A stretch of 64,000 bases of DNA from a bacterium. Its GTDB lineage: Bacteria > SZUA-182 > DTGQ01 > JAFGSM01. Positions 37,801 through 45,516 of this stretch are shown here, one piece after another. The notes beneath the pieces were generated by a model, which was not told where the DNA came from, did not search any database, and worked only from the letters and a program-made list of their open reading frames with translations. Location of the stretch: NCBI GenBank assembly GCA_049472355.1, contig JBLIRP010000004.1, forward strand, positions 1-64,000, in the 5' to 3' direction. Made by a program: the position numbers and the translations under genes. Within the stretch, counting starts at the first letter, position 1. Every line of letters begins with the position of its first letter.

Positions 37801-40784
37801 CGAATGCCGATATCGCCTTAAATAACGAGATCCCATCGGCATCGGTGACCGGGCATGTCAGTTGTGATGATTTTGAGCCGGGTCTCGGTGACATCTCTAT
37901 TTTTGCATTTGACGGGGAAGATCCCTCAGATGCGCATCTGCTTGATTCCACGTCCATTGGGAGCCCATCCGAGGCATACACCCTGTCCAATCTTCCGGTC
38001 GATGTCTATGCCTACCTGTTTGCCCGTTGGGATAGGGATGGTAGCGGGACGAAGACACCACCGGACTGTCTGGGAAAATATTCAGAGAATCCGCTCCTTA
38101 TAGAAAGTGGGGGCCTTACGGGCATCGATATTGCGCTTATTCCAACGCTCATTGACCCATTTTCCGTAGATATTCACTGGATCTATTACAATGACAATTC
38201 CGGCAGAACGATTGATTATGATTATTTCGATGCGGATGACATCAATGAAGATGGAGATATCACCTTCCCCCCGGAGGCTCTCATATCCGTTCCTGATGAG
38301 GAATCAAATGCCATCTTCACCTGGGAATCCGTAATGGGAAATCAGGAAACATATATTTCCGGCGGGGTATATCAGGTGGCAGTACCCCAGGCCCAGGACG
38401 CGGTCAAGGCAATTCCCACTGCAGATATCAGCATATATAGTCCAATCGAGGAATGGGATGGGATCCCGTTATATATCGAGGATGCATTGCTCGATAATCC
38501 ATCGTGGATCCCCGAAGGTGCGGATGCGGATATGCACTATCTGAAATTGGCTTATAGCCCTGATCTTTCTAAACTCAATATCCTCATGAAATTGGAGGGT
38601 GAGGCGAATCCGAACGTCTGGTATCGTCTCTTCCTGGATAAGGATTTGGATGGAAGGACGGATGAACCGGGAGACTATCACATAGATTTTCAAAATCAAG
38701 CCGGTATTTGGGAGGTCGTAAGCCAGGGTTGGAATTCTGAAAATGGCTGGGACCGGTATCCGGTTGAGGAAAATGGCATGGTTGTCATATCCGGCGAATT
38801 CATACAAGCGACCGTAAACACCGCATCTTTCGGGCTTCCGGGTGAAGTCAATATCTACGGCCGTACAATGCAAAATGACTATCCTTACAGCAATTATGAC
38901 ACCTTTTCCACTAATTATTTAGAGGCGAACGGCCTATCCGTGATAGGCGGGCATAACATTACGGCATCATCTCCGACGGAATGGGAGTTTGCCCTGGGCA
39001 CTACGAACTTCCGAAATGTGTCGAAGGATCAGCATTATTACGATGTGTGTGTCGGGATCGGGGGTTCACGTTTTGCGAGAGGAAATGTAGAGGCCGATAT
39101 TGATGCGGCATGGTTTACCGGCACATACCAGGGCGTTTTTTATGAAGATGCCCTGATATTCACGGCACATGTTTACAATCAACTGGGTGGGGACGATCAC
39201 TATGCATGGGATTGGGACCTCGAAACCGGAGAGGGGCTCATCCTGACCGGGCTCGATCCGACAAGCACGACGTTGGACTTCAAGGTGACAACCACGGATG
39301 ATGGTCGGACCTTTTCCGGCTATTATCGCATAAACAGCAATGATGAATCGGACTGGCAGTTATTGGTCACGCATACCTTGCCCCCGGATACCGGAGTAAT
39401 ATGTGGCTTTCCTGAATGCTCCCCTTCGGTACATTTCGAGACGGGGATAATCCCGCTCGAATATCTTTGTGATGGTGATATCAATCACGATGATGAAATA
39501 ACCCCCATCGATGCCCTATGTGCCTTCCAAACCTATTTGGAGATATGTCCGACAAGATGCGGGCCATGTGAGGGCATATGCTGCGATGTGAATATGGATG
39601 ACGACTGCACGCCGGCCGATGCGCTGTGTATTTTCCGGAAATATCTCGGAATCCCCTGTTGTCTGGATAAAGAAAATCTCAACATAGGTAAGGCCTTTGC
39701 TCTTCTGAATACGGGGGAGCAAGGCACAACTCGGCTTATTGTGCTTGCGGATATCAGAGACGATACAGGGGCACAGGTGCCTTTTGCCGATGTATGGGTG
39801 GTTGATCCTCAAGGGAATACGATACAGCTAAGACGAAATAACGGGCACGGTCTTTATGAAGGAAGTCCTGCCGGTTCCGAGATCTTGCTCGGAGATTATA
39901 CGTTTTATGCCGAATACGCGATTCATGAAGCAGCGCCGGTAGTGAAAAATGTAAGTAGTTTAGAGATCCTTGAGCCTCCGGTGTTGTTAAATTTTCAGCT
40001 TCCTGAGGAAGGACAGCCCTGGGCTGTTTCCTGGGAGCAGGTTCCGGGAGCGCAAGGTTATCTTGTCATGCTCAGGTATGACAATAATGACGACCAACCG
40101 CTCTTTACAAATGTTGCTGATATTTTTTCAAGTACGTTGCCGACCGCTCATTCGGTGGAGATCCCTGCAGGATTGGTGCATCCTCATGCGGATTATGAGC
40201 TGGAAGTGATTGCGGCCAACGGCACGACTCTTGAAGGTACGACCGCGATTTCTTCGCTGCAAGAGGAATTCAGTACCAGGCCGCCATTTTCTGTTCCCTA
40301 TAAGACGATAGCTATTGATGGAAATTACAACGACTGGTCGGATCCAAACGACCTTGTGTATTGGGACACGGACGGCCCGGATTGTGCTGGGGGGCAGGAT
40401 ATCCAAAAGGTATATCTTGCGCAGGACGATACCTTCCTGTATGTGCGTTATGTGCTTGGCGGCCCGTTGGACCAGTCATTTGGATATAAGTTTGGTGACG
40501 GCCGGTTGCACACCTACGTTTCAAATACCAATGGTCAGAAGCGTTTATTCTGGGCCTGGGATCATACAGAGTATGACATAGATGATTTGGGTTATCCCTT
40601 GAGCAGCCAAGAGCAACCTGCTGATTTCGTTTCAATAGACGGGAATCAATTTGAAATAAAGTTCCTTAAATCAGACGCTCGGATTTGGCAAGGGAGGGAC
40701 ATTGATGCCTGGAGCGACCAAGGTCATGAAACTGTCTGCACGGACATGTGCCGGTTGCCGGAGATATTGGATTTGGATTTCTGA
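34803..40784 (+). CDS. Giant secreted repetitive protein (1993 aa). It has an N-terminal signal peptide and TPR-like region, multiple FN3/Ig-like beta modules, and a Cys-rich dockerin-type double calcium-binding repeat near residue 1560.
   Basis: Signal peptide MASKNRHKKISFITLAGSILLLFFWVNTSRAQT. Repeated modules include YVNTLTPALNWSPVTDERIDTLYYRVNIMDWNGKV...YQWNVRVFD and TPTFSWSRAHDETVDPLSYRVMIYDY...YFWRVQVFD. The dockerin-like segments are CDGDINHDDEITPIDALCAFQTYLE and CDVNMDDDCTPADALCIFRKYLG. Confidence 0.85.
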   Translation: MASKNRHKKISFITLAGSILLLFFWVNTSRAQTAAEYIAQGRAHLSQHTMEGLMNAHSKFQAALVIEPNNPEANFFFSLTRLPALLDNSASYTDGFPIENAKELLDGLDVDAEGRDLFEWEAKFTEDGSGDVLLPSDSPTGDVVQDFLTSVIMSEIEGVLTDLTNLDATFTTVLTASETGEEQDIEIDYGDILLYRSLLNVAKMGLSFISAYDMDVDIDTLVNMNSELFDVDEDLLDVYPNLLTLLLDGDDLMADAGNALLSAIDAFDEASLFIQETETDNQEDDLVTPDEIAGGGDFKCKPIVEQIKGSLVNKEPADLSRIEETWELTDDHGNTILMRIEKDHAGNFLGGDFHGIDGCSFLACRGWVEDFSMVDSNIVITTACGGGCPCSAILEGRMNEDGTRIISGTYLSQDCLETVSGTFTGLRTEYEETPMRIDVSEFFDDPISIRDYLPGLTHDPYTREIMLAKSLMESFPDRTLSGIFPDGLPVEGFGLDLVTIRGGSASGGSSYGVASCLVWGLAPWDIESLTIYGPLGLQYEFDLEKDTMVFYKYGMMYNVSAPSYPPEGWYEFVLIDKQGRSVSAGRYFTPNPIDVVDIATGESPADKAYVNTLTPALNWSPVTDERIDTLYYRVNIMDWNGKVNVYSSDRVAGTTITVPAGILMPNEVYQWNVRVFDSANGTSANNFSSSDWKVFCTGGENDPLNIELAFVHSRVEPDDMHDMTLFAIDIDGPAPYDIGSLAVSGPGGFSHTFDPIDDYHSDIYLHHEDGILTDGTYTFTIVDDRDGNTLSVDRDFTFNRLPVPEELHTPSFESYVRTTTPTFSWSRAHDETVDPLSYRVMIYDYNHNIIYKSPRSPETSATVPPDCLKIHNPYFWRVQVFDGTSTIQNSAVTNMMPFYVVADNPPSIISGQIETGMSGYTGGDIFVCVFDQALQPLASPLFCVTLSDIGSYTLYDPPTNTDLYIYALWDKDGSDCYTAGDWAGIYAENPVVLDDGGIFTNADIALNNEIPSASVTGHVSCDDFEPGLGDISIFAFDGEDPSDAHLLDSTSIGSPSEAYTLSNLPVDVYAYLFARWDRDGSGTKTPPDCLGKYSENPLLIESGGLTGIDIALIPTLIDPFSVDIHWIYYNDNSGRTIDYDYFDADDINEDGDITFPPEALISVPDEESNAIFTWESVMGNQETYISGGVYQVAVPQAQDAVKAIPTADISIYSPIEEWDGIPLYIEDALLDNPSWIPEGADADMHYLKLAYSPDLSKLNILMKLEGEANPNVWYRLFLDKDLDGRTDEPGDYHIDFQNQAGIWEVVSQGWNSENGWDRYPVEENGMVVISGEFIQATVNTASFGLPGEVNIYGRTMQNDYPYSNYDTFSTNYLEANGLSVIGGHNITASSPTEWEFALGTTNFRNVSKDQHYYDVCVGIGGSRFARGNVEADIDAAWFTGTYQGVFYEDALIFTAHVYNQLGGDDHYAWDWDLETGEGLILTGLDPTSTTLDFKVTTTDDGRTFSGYYRINSNDESDWQLLVTHTLPPDTGVICGFPECSPSVHFETGIIPLEYLCDGDINHDDEITPIDALCAFQTYLEICPTRCGPCEGICCDVNMDDDCTPADALCIFRKYLGIPCCLDKENLNIGKAFALLNTGEQGTTRLIVLADIRDDTGAQVPFADVWVVDPQGNTIQLRRNNGHGLYEGSPAGSEILLGDYTFYAEYAIHEAAPVVKNVSSLEILEPPVLLNFQLPEEGQPWAVSWEQVPGAQGYLVMLRYDNNDDQPLFTNVADIFSSTLPTAHSVEIPAGLVHPHADYELEVIAANGTTLEGTTAISSLQEEFSTRPPFSVPYKTIAIDGNYNDWSDPNDLVYWDTDGPDCAGGQDIQKVYLAQDDTFLYVRYVLGGPLDQSFGYKFGDGRLHTYVSNTNGQKRLFWAWDHTEYDIDDLGYPLSSQEQPADFVSIDGNQFEIKFLKSDARIWQGRDIDAWSDQGHETVCTDMCRLPEILDLDF

Positions 40785-40953
40785 TCTGATAAGAAATTTA
40801 ATTGTAGTCGGTGCCCAAATGGTGCCCATCGTTATGGAAAAATCGAAAACATGTAAAATCCCGAAAGGTTCATTAAGAGGGATTCTCGGCGAAAAATTAA
40901 TAAGTTCATGCCATTAAACAGATTATCCTCGACGAGTTAAGCGAACCAAAGCC

Positions 40954-41258
40954 TCAAACCAAACTTTGTTAGGGCGGAGCGTAAGCGGAGCCTCTATGCT
41001 CCCCTTCCAATCCACCAAAAGACCCTGCGATTACGCGTTTTAAAAAACTCTGTTAGGCCGAAGCGTAAGCGAAGCCACCAGACCTCTTCCTGACACACAA
41101 GGGCAGCGTTTGGCAGTACCTTCCTTCCCTTTGGGACCGACAATCGCAACCAAAACAGGCAGGCTGGTGAATGTCCGCTCTGTCAACAGCGGGATTCACT
41201 CAGCCATTGATAAATAATATGTAATTGATTATATTTGTAATATATATGCATAGGGTTT
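40954..41258. repeat. Composite repeat element, copy 2. It begins with a 24-nt duplicate of the dxs 3' end (ctcaaaccaaactttgttagggcg), then a degenerate unit and the conserved ~170-bp promoter module.
   Basis: 40954-40977 is identical to 33674-33697. 41090-41246 is about 85-90% identical to 33930-34076, including the TTGATA-17-TATATT promoter at 41207-41235. Confidence 0.85.
41207..41235 (+). promoter_or_regulatory. Second copy of the TTGATA-17nt-TATATT promoter, about 90 nt upstream of the 619-aa secreted protein gene
   Basis: Identical -35/-10/spacer to the copy at 34040-34068. Confidence 0.5.
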
Positions 41259-41323
41259 TCTCATGATTCTCCAAATTTGATGGGCCTCACTACATGATTT
41301 CGACAAGGTCATAATTGTGACAG

Positions 41324-43183
41324 GTGGACGCAATGATGCAAAGGGCAAGATGTCTATGCATCCTGACGGTCTTTATCGTGCTGCTTACCTTGATGACAGG
41401 TATGGCCGGGGCGAAGACGGGGACCGAGCACCCATTCCTTTTGGACGTTCCCGCCTCCTATAACCTGCCGTTGTGGATGTATTCCTGGAATCCCTCTTTG
41501 GCCTGGAAGGGCATGGCCGGGGCGAAGATAGAGATCCAATATCCAGTCCCTTTGGACATTCCCGGCTCTTATACATCATCGATAGGGATGCCTTTATGGA
41601 ATACACCCTTAGGCCGGATCGGGAATGGCCCTGCCGATCACCTCAGTCATGCCTATTATGCATGGTTGTATCCATCAACCCTCAATTATATTCCCCTGTG
41701 GTCCCATCCATGGTTCTATTCCTCTTCCCCATCCCAAAAAGCGGCAAAACCGTTCCACCCTGTTTTTGAGAACCTGAGTCTTTTCAAAATGGGCCCTCTC
41801 TATGCCCAAATCGATGAGCCCTACCGATATCTGTTCATCGCTGATTATACATATCATACATCCGAGAGCATAGAGTTGTACTTTATGGATGGTGATCAGC
41901 TCTCATGTACCAGTATTTTTGATCTCTTGCTTCATCCCGTAGAATTCCTCCTCTTTGTCAACGACCCCAATGATCCGAATGATCCGGTGGCGAAATACTG
42001 GATGGATCTCGGGGCGGACCCGGCCCTGTTTGGTGAAAACGATCCGCATATGGCTGCCCTTTTCGGCAGGGCATCGTTCAAGGTCGATCTCGACCTGCCC
42101 ATCTTTGCTGACCCGAATCTAAGGTTCGGTGGTCATTTGGCGGAGAGGATCATCGAACAGGGCCATATGGGGTGGAAGGTAACCGTGAATGGAGCTGTTC
42201 AGGGGCAGCCCCTGCAGATCAATCCGCTCCCGGTGGACCCCTATGATGGTATGCCCACCTATCTGCCGGCAAACTATACCGCGGTCAAGACGATAGATGC
42301 CTATGCCAAGCCATTCTATCGTATGGACGTTGTGTTCGTTCTGGAGGGCGCGCTGTGGAACTCCGGTGTGTCGGTCTGGCCGAATGTGGCTGCACTGGAT
42401 TACACGCCGCAGGATTTTGAAGACCTGATGGTGACCATCGAGGTGACCAACGGAATAGATTCGGAGGTCAGCATCTTTCCCATCACCGTACTTGATTACC
42501 CTGTGGAAAATTATGATCCTGTGCCGGCATCCGATGAGGTCGAACTGACAGTATATGTGGGAGAATCGTTTCGTTATGCTCTTTGGTGCATCGACCCGGA
42601 TTGTTTCATCTTCTCACAGGCTTACAATCTGTATGGAGAGGTCCCTGACACCACGCATGTGCCTTGGAATGCCCCGGGCATGGCATTCAGGACTGACATG
42701 TCCTCCCTGGAATGGGACATTCCGGGGGACTACTCCATCAGCAACTTCAATCCATCCTCGGGGCTCATCTCATGGGTCCCGGTGCGTGAAGGGATTCATA
42801 CTATGGTCGTGACCTGTTCGGACAACCATGGCGGTACCGCCGACATCGAATTGAAAATCTCCACTGAATGCCGCGGAGGCCCCTGCAATAATCCGCCCAT
42901 CATCACAGGCGCTCCCACACAAATCCTGACAATCATTGCCGGACAGGAGTTCGTCCTGGGTCCACCCGATTTCTCAGTGGAAGATCCGGATTACGATGAG
43001 ATCTACGCATCCTGCAATGTCGGTTCCTGCGAGAGGGATGGGGATGGCAACTTTGTGTGGAAATTTCAGAGCGACTTCCCAGGCTCTTATATGGTTGAGA
43101 TCATCTTCCACGATATCAGAGGGGGACATGCAATAATGGAATTCTTTGTGGACGTGCAACCATGGTGGGTGAATCCTTCATGA
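41324..43183 (+). CDS. Secreted hypothetical protein (619 aa) with an N-terminal signal peptide. The likely start is ATG 41333.
   Basis: MMQRARCLCILTVFIVLLTLMTGMAGA signal. There is an internal duplication (MAGAKTGTEHPFLLDVPASYNLPLWMYSWNPSLAW / MAGAKIEIQYPVPLDIPGSYTSSIGMPLWNTPLG). C-terminal beta-rich Ig-like regions. No catalytic motif recognised. Confidence 0.6.
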   Translation: MDAMMQRARCLCILTVFIVLLTLMTGMAGAKTGTEHPFLLDVPASYNLPLWMYSWNPSLAWKGMAGAKIEIQYPVPLDIPGSYTSSIGMPLWNTPLGRIGNGPADHLSHAYYAWLYPSTLNYIPLWSHPWFYSSSPSQKAAKPFHPVFENLSLFKMGPLYAQIDEPYRYLFIADYTYHTSESIELYFMDGDQLSCTSIFDLLLHPVEFLLFVNDPNDPNDPVAKYWMDLGADPALFGENDPHMAALFGRASFKVDLDLPIFADPNLRFGGHLAERIIEQGHMGWKVTVNGAVQGQPLQINPLPVDPYDGMPTYLPANYTAVKTIDAYAKPFYRMDVVFVLEGALWNSGVSVWPNVAALDYTPQDFEDLMVTIEVTNGIDSEVSIFPITVLDYPVENYDPVPASDEVELTVYVGESFRYALWCIDPDCFIFSQAYNLYGEVPDTTHVPWNAPGMAFRTDMSSLEWDIPGDYSISNFNPSSGLISWVPVREGIHTMVVTCSDNHGGTADIELKISTECRGGPCNNPPIITGAPTQILTIIAGQEFVLGPPDFSVEDPDYDEIYASCNVGSCERDGDGNFVWKFQSDFPGSYMVEIIFHDIRGGHAIMEFFVDVQPWWVNPS

Positions 43184-43439
43184 TACCCTTGCGGGAGAAT
43201 TCAGGCGCGCGGTCACGGAGATGCTCAATGAGGAAGCGCTCGCCCAGGCCACATCCAGGTCTTCCATATGGATATCCCGGACAACTCTTGCCCGGCGGGC
43301 TCACAGGAGAAGATCCGGGGCATCTGTAGTCTCAGCCCAAAGGGCATCACCCCCGGTTCTGCTGACGCGTGATTATTTTATCCTGACGCCCCCTCGAATC
43401 AAAAATTGAAATCCTGTCATTGCGGAGGAAGCAACCCGG

Positions 43440-43650
43440 AGCAACCAAGCTTGCCAGGGCGAAGCGCAGCGGAGCCACTATGCTCCCCTTCCAAACTACC
43501 AAAAGGCCTTGCGACAACACGTTTAAAAAGCTTGCCAGGGCGAAGCGCAGCGGAGCCACTATGCTCCCCTTCCAAACTACCAAAAGGCCTTGCGACAACA
43601 CCCTTAAAAAGCTTTGTTAGGGCAAGGTGCGGCGAAGCCTCTACGCCGAC
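43440..43650. repeat. Composite repeat element, copy 3 (two complete ~82-bp tandem units plus a partial unit, without the promoter module)
   Basis: The unit aagcttgccagggcgaagcgcagcggagccactatgctccccttccaaactaccaaaaggccttgcgacaacacgtttaaaa is present twice (43449-43530, 43531-43612). It lies downstream of the 619-aa gene. Confidence 0.85.
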
Positions 43651-43769
43651 TTCTCCAGCAACCTATACATTATTATATACGTTCTCAGGTACAGATTCCT
43701 TAATGAATCCATACCGATGAAGATGAACTGCCTCTCAATCAATAATCCCTCACAGCGCCTTCACCGGCA

Positions 43770-44435
43770 TCAGAACCGGTACACGATCCCCAGTGCATAC
43801 CCGACTTCCTGGACCATGTTGACCTCCATCCGCAGGTGCATGTTCTCCAGGATCGGTGCATACACCCCGGCTGCGATCAGCATTGAGGTCTGGTCGTGAT
43901 CCTGCCCGGGTGCCTCCAACTCGGAATAGAGGATGCCGAAGTTCAGGTAGGGCACACTGCGCACATACCGCCACTCCAGCCCGCCCGTGGCGATGATCCG
44001 CCGATGGGTGACATCCTCATCTTTATTCTCTCTTTCGTGCTTTGCCGTGCTGTACGAGAAGGAGATGGTGAAGTCCGCGGGCACCCCCATGGGAATGGCG
44101 CGCACTGCGTACGCCTTCCCCCCTATCCGGAAGGCAAGGGCGGGATCGAGGTCGTATGTCGTTCCGGCCAGCCGGACATCCATGTCCTGCCAGCTCAACC
44201 CGACGAAGATATCAAAGGTCTGGGGAAGGGAATAGCCGATCCTGGCGCCTCCCTGGGATACATCCAGCTCCTGGCCGTCCTTGGACTGCTCCTCGTAAAA
44301 CTCCCACTCCAGCCTCATGTCGAATCCCGGGGGGTACCCCTGGGCGTACATCCTCGGTGCAGAGACGAGGAGCAGGCACAGTGAGACTCCCACAGAGATC
44401 AAAAGCATACGGTACTTGTGGTGCATTCTGGGCAT
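43770..44435 (-). CDS. Outer-membrane beta-barrel protein (small OMP, 221 aa)
   Basis: Signal peptide, alternating amphipathic beta strands and a C-terminal aromatic terminus ...GIVYRF, the typical BAM recognition signal. Confidence 0.6.
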   Translation of the reverse strand: MPRMHHKYRMLLISVGVSLCLLLVSAPRMYAQGYPPGFDMRLEWEFYEEQSKDGQELDVSQGGARIGYSLPQTFDIFVGLSWQDMDVRLAGTTYDLDPALAFRIGGKAYAVRAIPMGVPADFTISFSYSTAKHERENKDEDVTHRRIIATGGLEWRYVRSVPYLNFGILYSELEAPGQDHDQTSMLIAAGVYAPILENMHLRMEVNMVQEVGYALGIVYRF

Positions 44436-44447
44436 CCTTTCTTTCTG

Positions 44448-45038
44448 TTACCAGCCGAAAACCGCCTTCTTGGCCTGCTTGCGGATCTCCTTTTCCTCGG
44501 ACCACTCGATCAATCCGGTGGTGAGGTCCGCGAGTTCGAGGTTGATCTTATAGTAGACATCCTTCTTTCGATTCGCCGTCTTGACGATGGAGATGATATC
44601 CCCGTAGAGCATCAGGTCGGCACCCACCTGCTTCCCGATCGCGGTGCGGGTCCTTGGGTCCACCATCCCGGACTCCGATTGATACCGAAGCTGGTCGATC
44701 ATCTCCTCGTTCACCTCGCTGACGGCGGTGAACCGCACCTTGCCCGACTTGAGCATCGCGGTCTTGATCTTGTCGGTGATCGCCTCGGTATCGATGTGCT
44801 CGGAGGTCTTGTTCCGGATCCTGCTCACGTATACCACCGGCCTTCCCTCGAGCACCGGGTGCACGAGGAGGGATTCAACCATCTTTTCCGCTATCGACTG
44901 AAGGTCGGTCGATCCATAGTCAACGCTTACGGTCTCCACAGCATCCGGGTCACCGTAGTTCACCCGCATCCCCCCGCAGCCTGCCACCAAAAAAAGGGCT
45001 GCGAAGAGCGCAGGCACGGCCATTCTCATGTTCATCAT
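44448..45038 (-). CDS. lpoB: LpoB-like lipoprotein (COG3417 family, penicillin-binding protein activator LpoB-like)
   Basis: Lipobox LVAGC. Conserved core ...VYVSRIRNKTSEHIDTEAITDKIKTAMLKSGKVRF...GKQVGADLMLYGDIISI matches the LpoB family pattern. It lies adjacent to a YcfL-like gene, as ycfL-lpoB in E. coli. Confidence 0.65.
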   Translation of the reverse strand: MMNMRMAVPALFAALFLVAGCGGMRVNYGDPDAVETVSVDYGSTDLQSIAEKMVESLLVHPVLEGRPVVYVSRIRNKTSEHIDTEAITDKIKTAMLKSGKVRFTAVSEVNEEMIDQLRYQSESGMVDPRTRTAIGKQVGADLMLYGDIISIVKTANRKKDVYYKINLELADLTTGLIEWSEEKEIRKQAKKAVFGW

Positions 45039-45048
45039 CGTCCCCCTC

Positions 45049-45513
45049 TCATCGAATGGGATGTGCCTCCCGTAGATTTACCCTGAACTTGACCGCCTCC
45101 GGGTTCGGAGCGGTGGCAACAATGGTTTTCACCTCCTGGCCATAGATCAGGACCGGGGTCCAATGCTCCTTTACGGACCCGATCTCGAAGCCGTTGTCGT
45201 CGAACCATTGGAATCGGTACTCGAAGTTGTAATTCCGGTCATTCTTGTTCATGACCTGCACCTGCGCCTGAAACAGGTCATTCAATCTCCGGCCGGTGAT
45301 GTCCACGATCTGCAGATTCCGCGCAAGCTCCTGGTTGTTGATCAGCACGTATTGACTGAAGGAATAGTTCCCCTCCGGTGTGTAGGCAAGCTCCCCGATA
45401 CCCACGTTGCTCGTGGTGGCGGAGCAGGCGCACAGGAGGGCCAAAAAAACAGCCGGCAGGAAAAAACGTTTCTTCATCGCTGCTTCCCCCTTATGTTTGG
45501 AAATGTCACCCAT
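45049..45513 (-). CDS. ycfL: YcfL-like periplasmic lipoprotein (DUF1425 family). Probable start at the Met near 45477 (MKKRFFLPAVFLALLCACS).
   Basis: Lipobox LCAC. It is the right size (about 140 aa) and in the ycfL-lpoB order. Conserved FEYRFQWFDDNGFEI-type block. Confidence 0.55.
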   Translation of the reverse strand: MGDISKHKGEAAMKKRFFLPAVFLALLCACSATTSNVGIGELAYTPEGNYSFSQYVLINNQELARNLQIVDITGRRLNDLFQAQVQVMNKNDRNYNFEYRFQWFDDNGFEIGSVKEHWTPVLIYGQEVKTIVATAPNPEAVKFRVNLREAHPIR

Positions 45514-45516
45514 CGT

